This document shows positions 63,414 to 64,000 of a DNA stretch of 64,000 bases, piece after piece. Source of the stretch: Lingula anatina (Eukaryota; Animalia; Brachiopoda); the NCBI GenBank assembly GCA_051362555.1, contig CM120641.1:42228401-42292400 (forward strand), given 5' to 3'. Below the pieces are notes generated by a model that did not search any database, was not told the DNA's origin, and worked only from the letters and a program-made list of their open reading frames with translations. The position numbers and the translations under genes are program-made. Numbering within the stretch: the stretch's first letter is position 1; each line of letters begins with the position of its first letter.

Positions 63414-64000
63414 CTGAAAAAAATGATCAACTCCAAACGATGTGACAGATTTTGAATTAACGGATACAGCTATTAAATTACAATATTTTCCTTGAAATAT
63501 AGTTTTCTGGTAGTAATGAGTATGTGGTCCCTTCCAATCCCATTATTTTTTTATTAATGAAAGTATTTATATTGGCCTGATGATAACAAACGTATAAGCC
63601 TAATGAAACTTGTCTACAGAGTGGCTCTAAGAGTGCAGATCGCCACCAAGGAAAGGGAACTTAGAAACTAATTTTAAAATATTAAGAGATTCGGATTCAT
63701 TATGGTAACCACCTCTCTCTCTTTCTCTGTCTATACTGAAATTTTCATCAAAAATCAAGGGCCTCGCTGTTTTTAATTGTCAACACATTTCTGAACCGTT
63801 TTGGAAGTTTGGACAGTGAAAAGGGAGTTATAAATATGGAATCCCATGCATAGTTTTAAATCTATACTTTTATCAGTTCCTTATGTACGTTGATAATCTG
63901 AGCATGCTAGCAAAGGTGTTATATGTATCGAATAACAAATCAAAGTGCATCGTGTATACATTGTAGTTTTCACATTGTTGTATATTTTCTGTCAATTTTC

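Overview
This is AT-rich, intron-rich animal genomic DNA. A marine invertebrate such as an echinoderm is a guess from composition and repeat types, not something the sequence proves. All genes are on the minus strand and had to be spliced by hand, because the ORF track shows only fragments. Reading right to left: (1) Ten exons (53104-63413, 722 aa, 5' end outside the window) encode a GH81 endo-beta-1,3-glucanase with intact catalytic motifs. It has a Cys/Trp-rich inserted module ending in a furin-type KRRRR site, and one intron holds a 4-kb TIR element. (2) An unannotated-looking unit (~44150-50070) has a TATA+Inr promoter, seven tandem exon+intron cassettes with nested 52-bp repeats, and an orphan frameshifted TDP-43 RRM1 exon. 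(3) A complete 6-exon NRIP2/NRIP3/DDI-type retroviral-like aspartic protease gene (39264-42271) has its catalytic D[TS]G replaced by NSA. (4) The 5' part of a large gene starts with an EEA1/Rabenosyn-type C2H2 finger exon (37242-37442), followed by a >37-kb CpG-poor region holding several candidate phase-0 alternative first exons. The window also contains a Helentron-type HINE with nested repeats, several MITEs and microsatellites. No rRNA, tRNA or CRISPR was seen.
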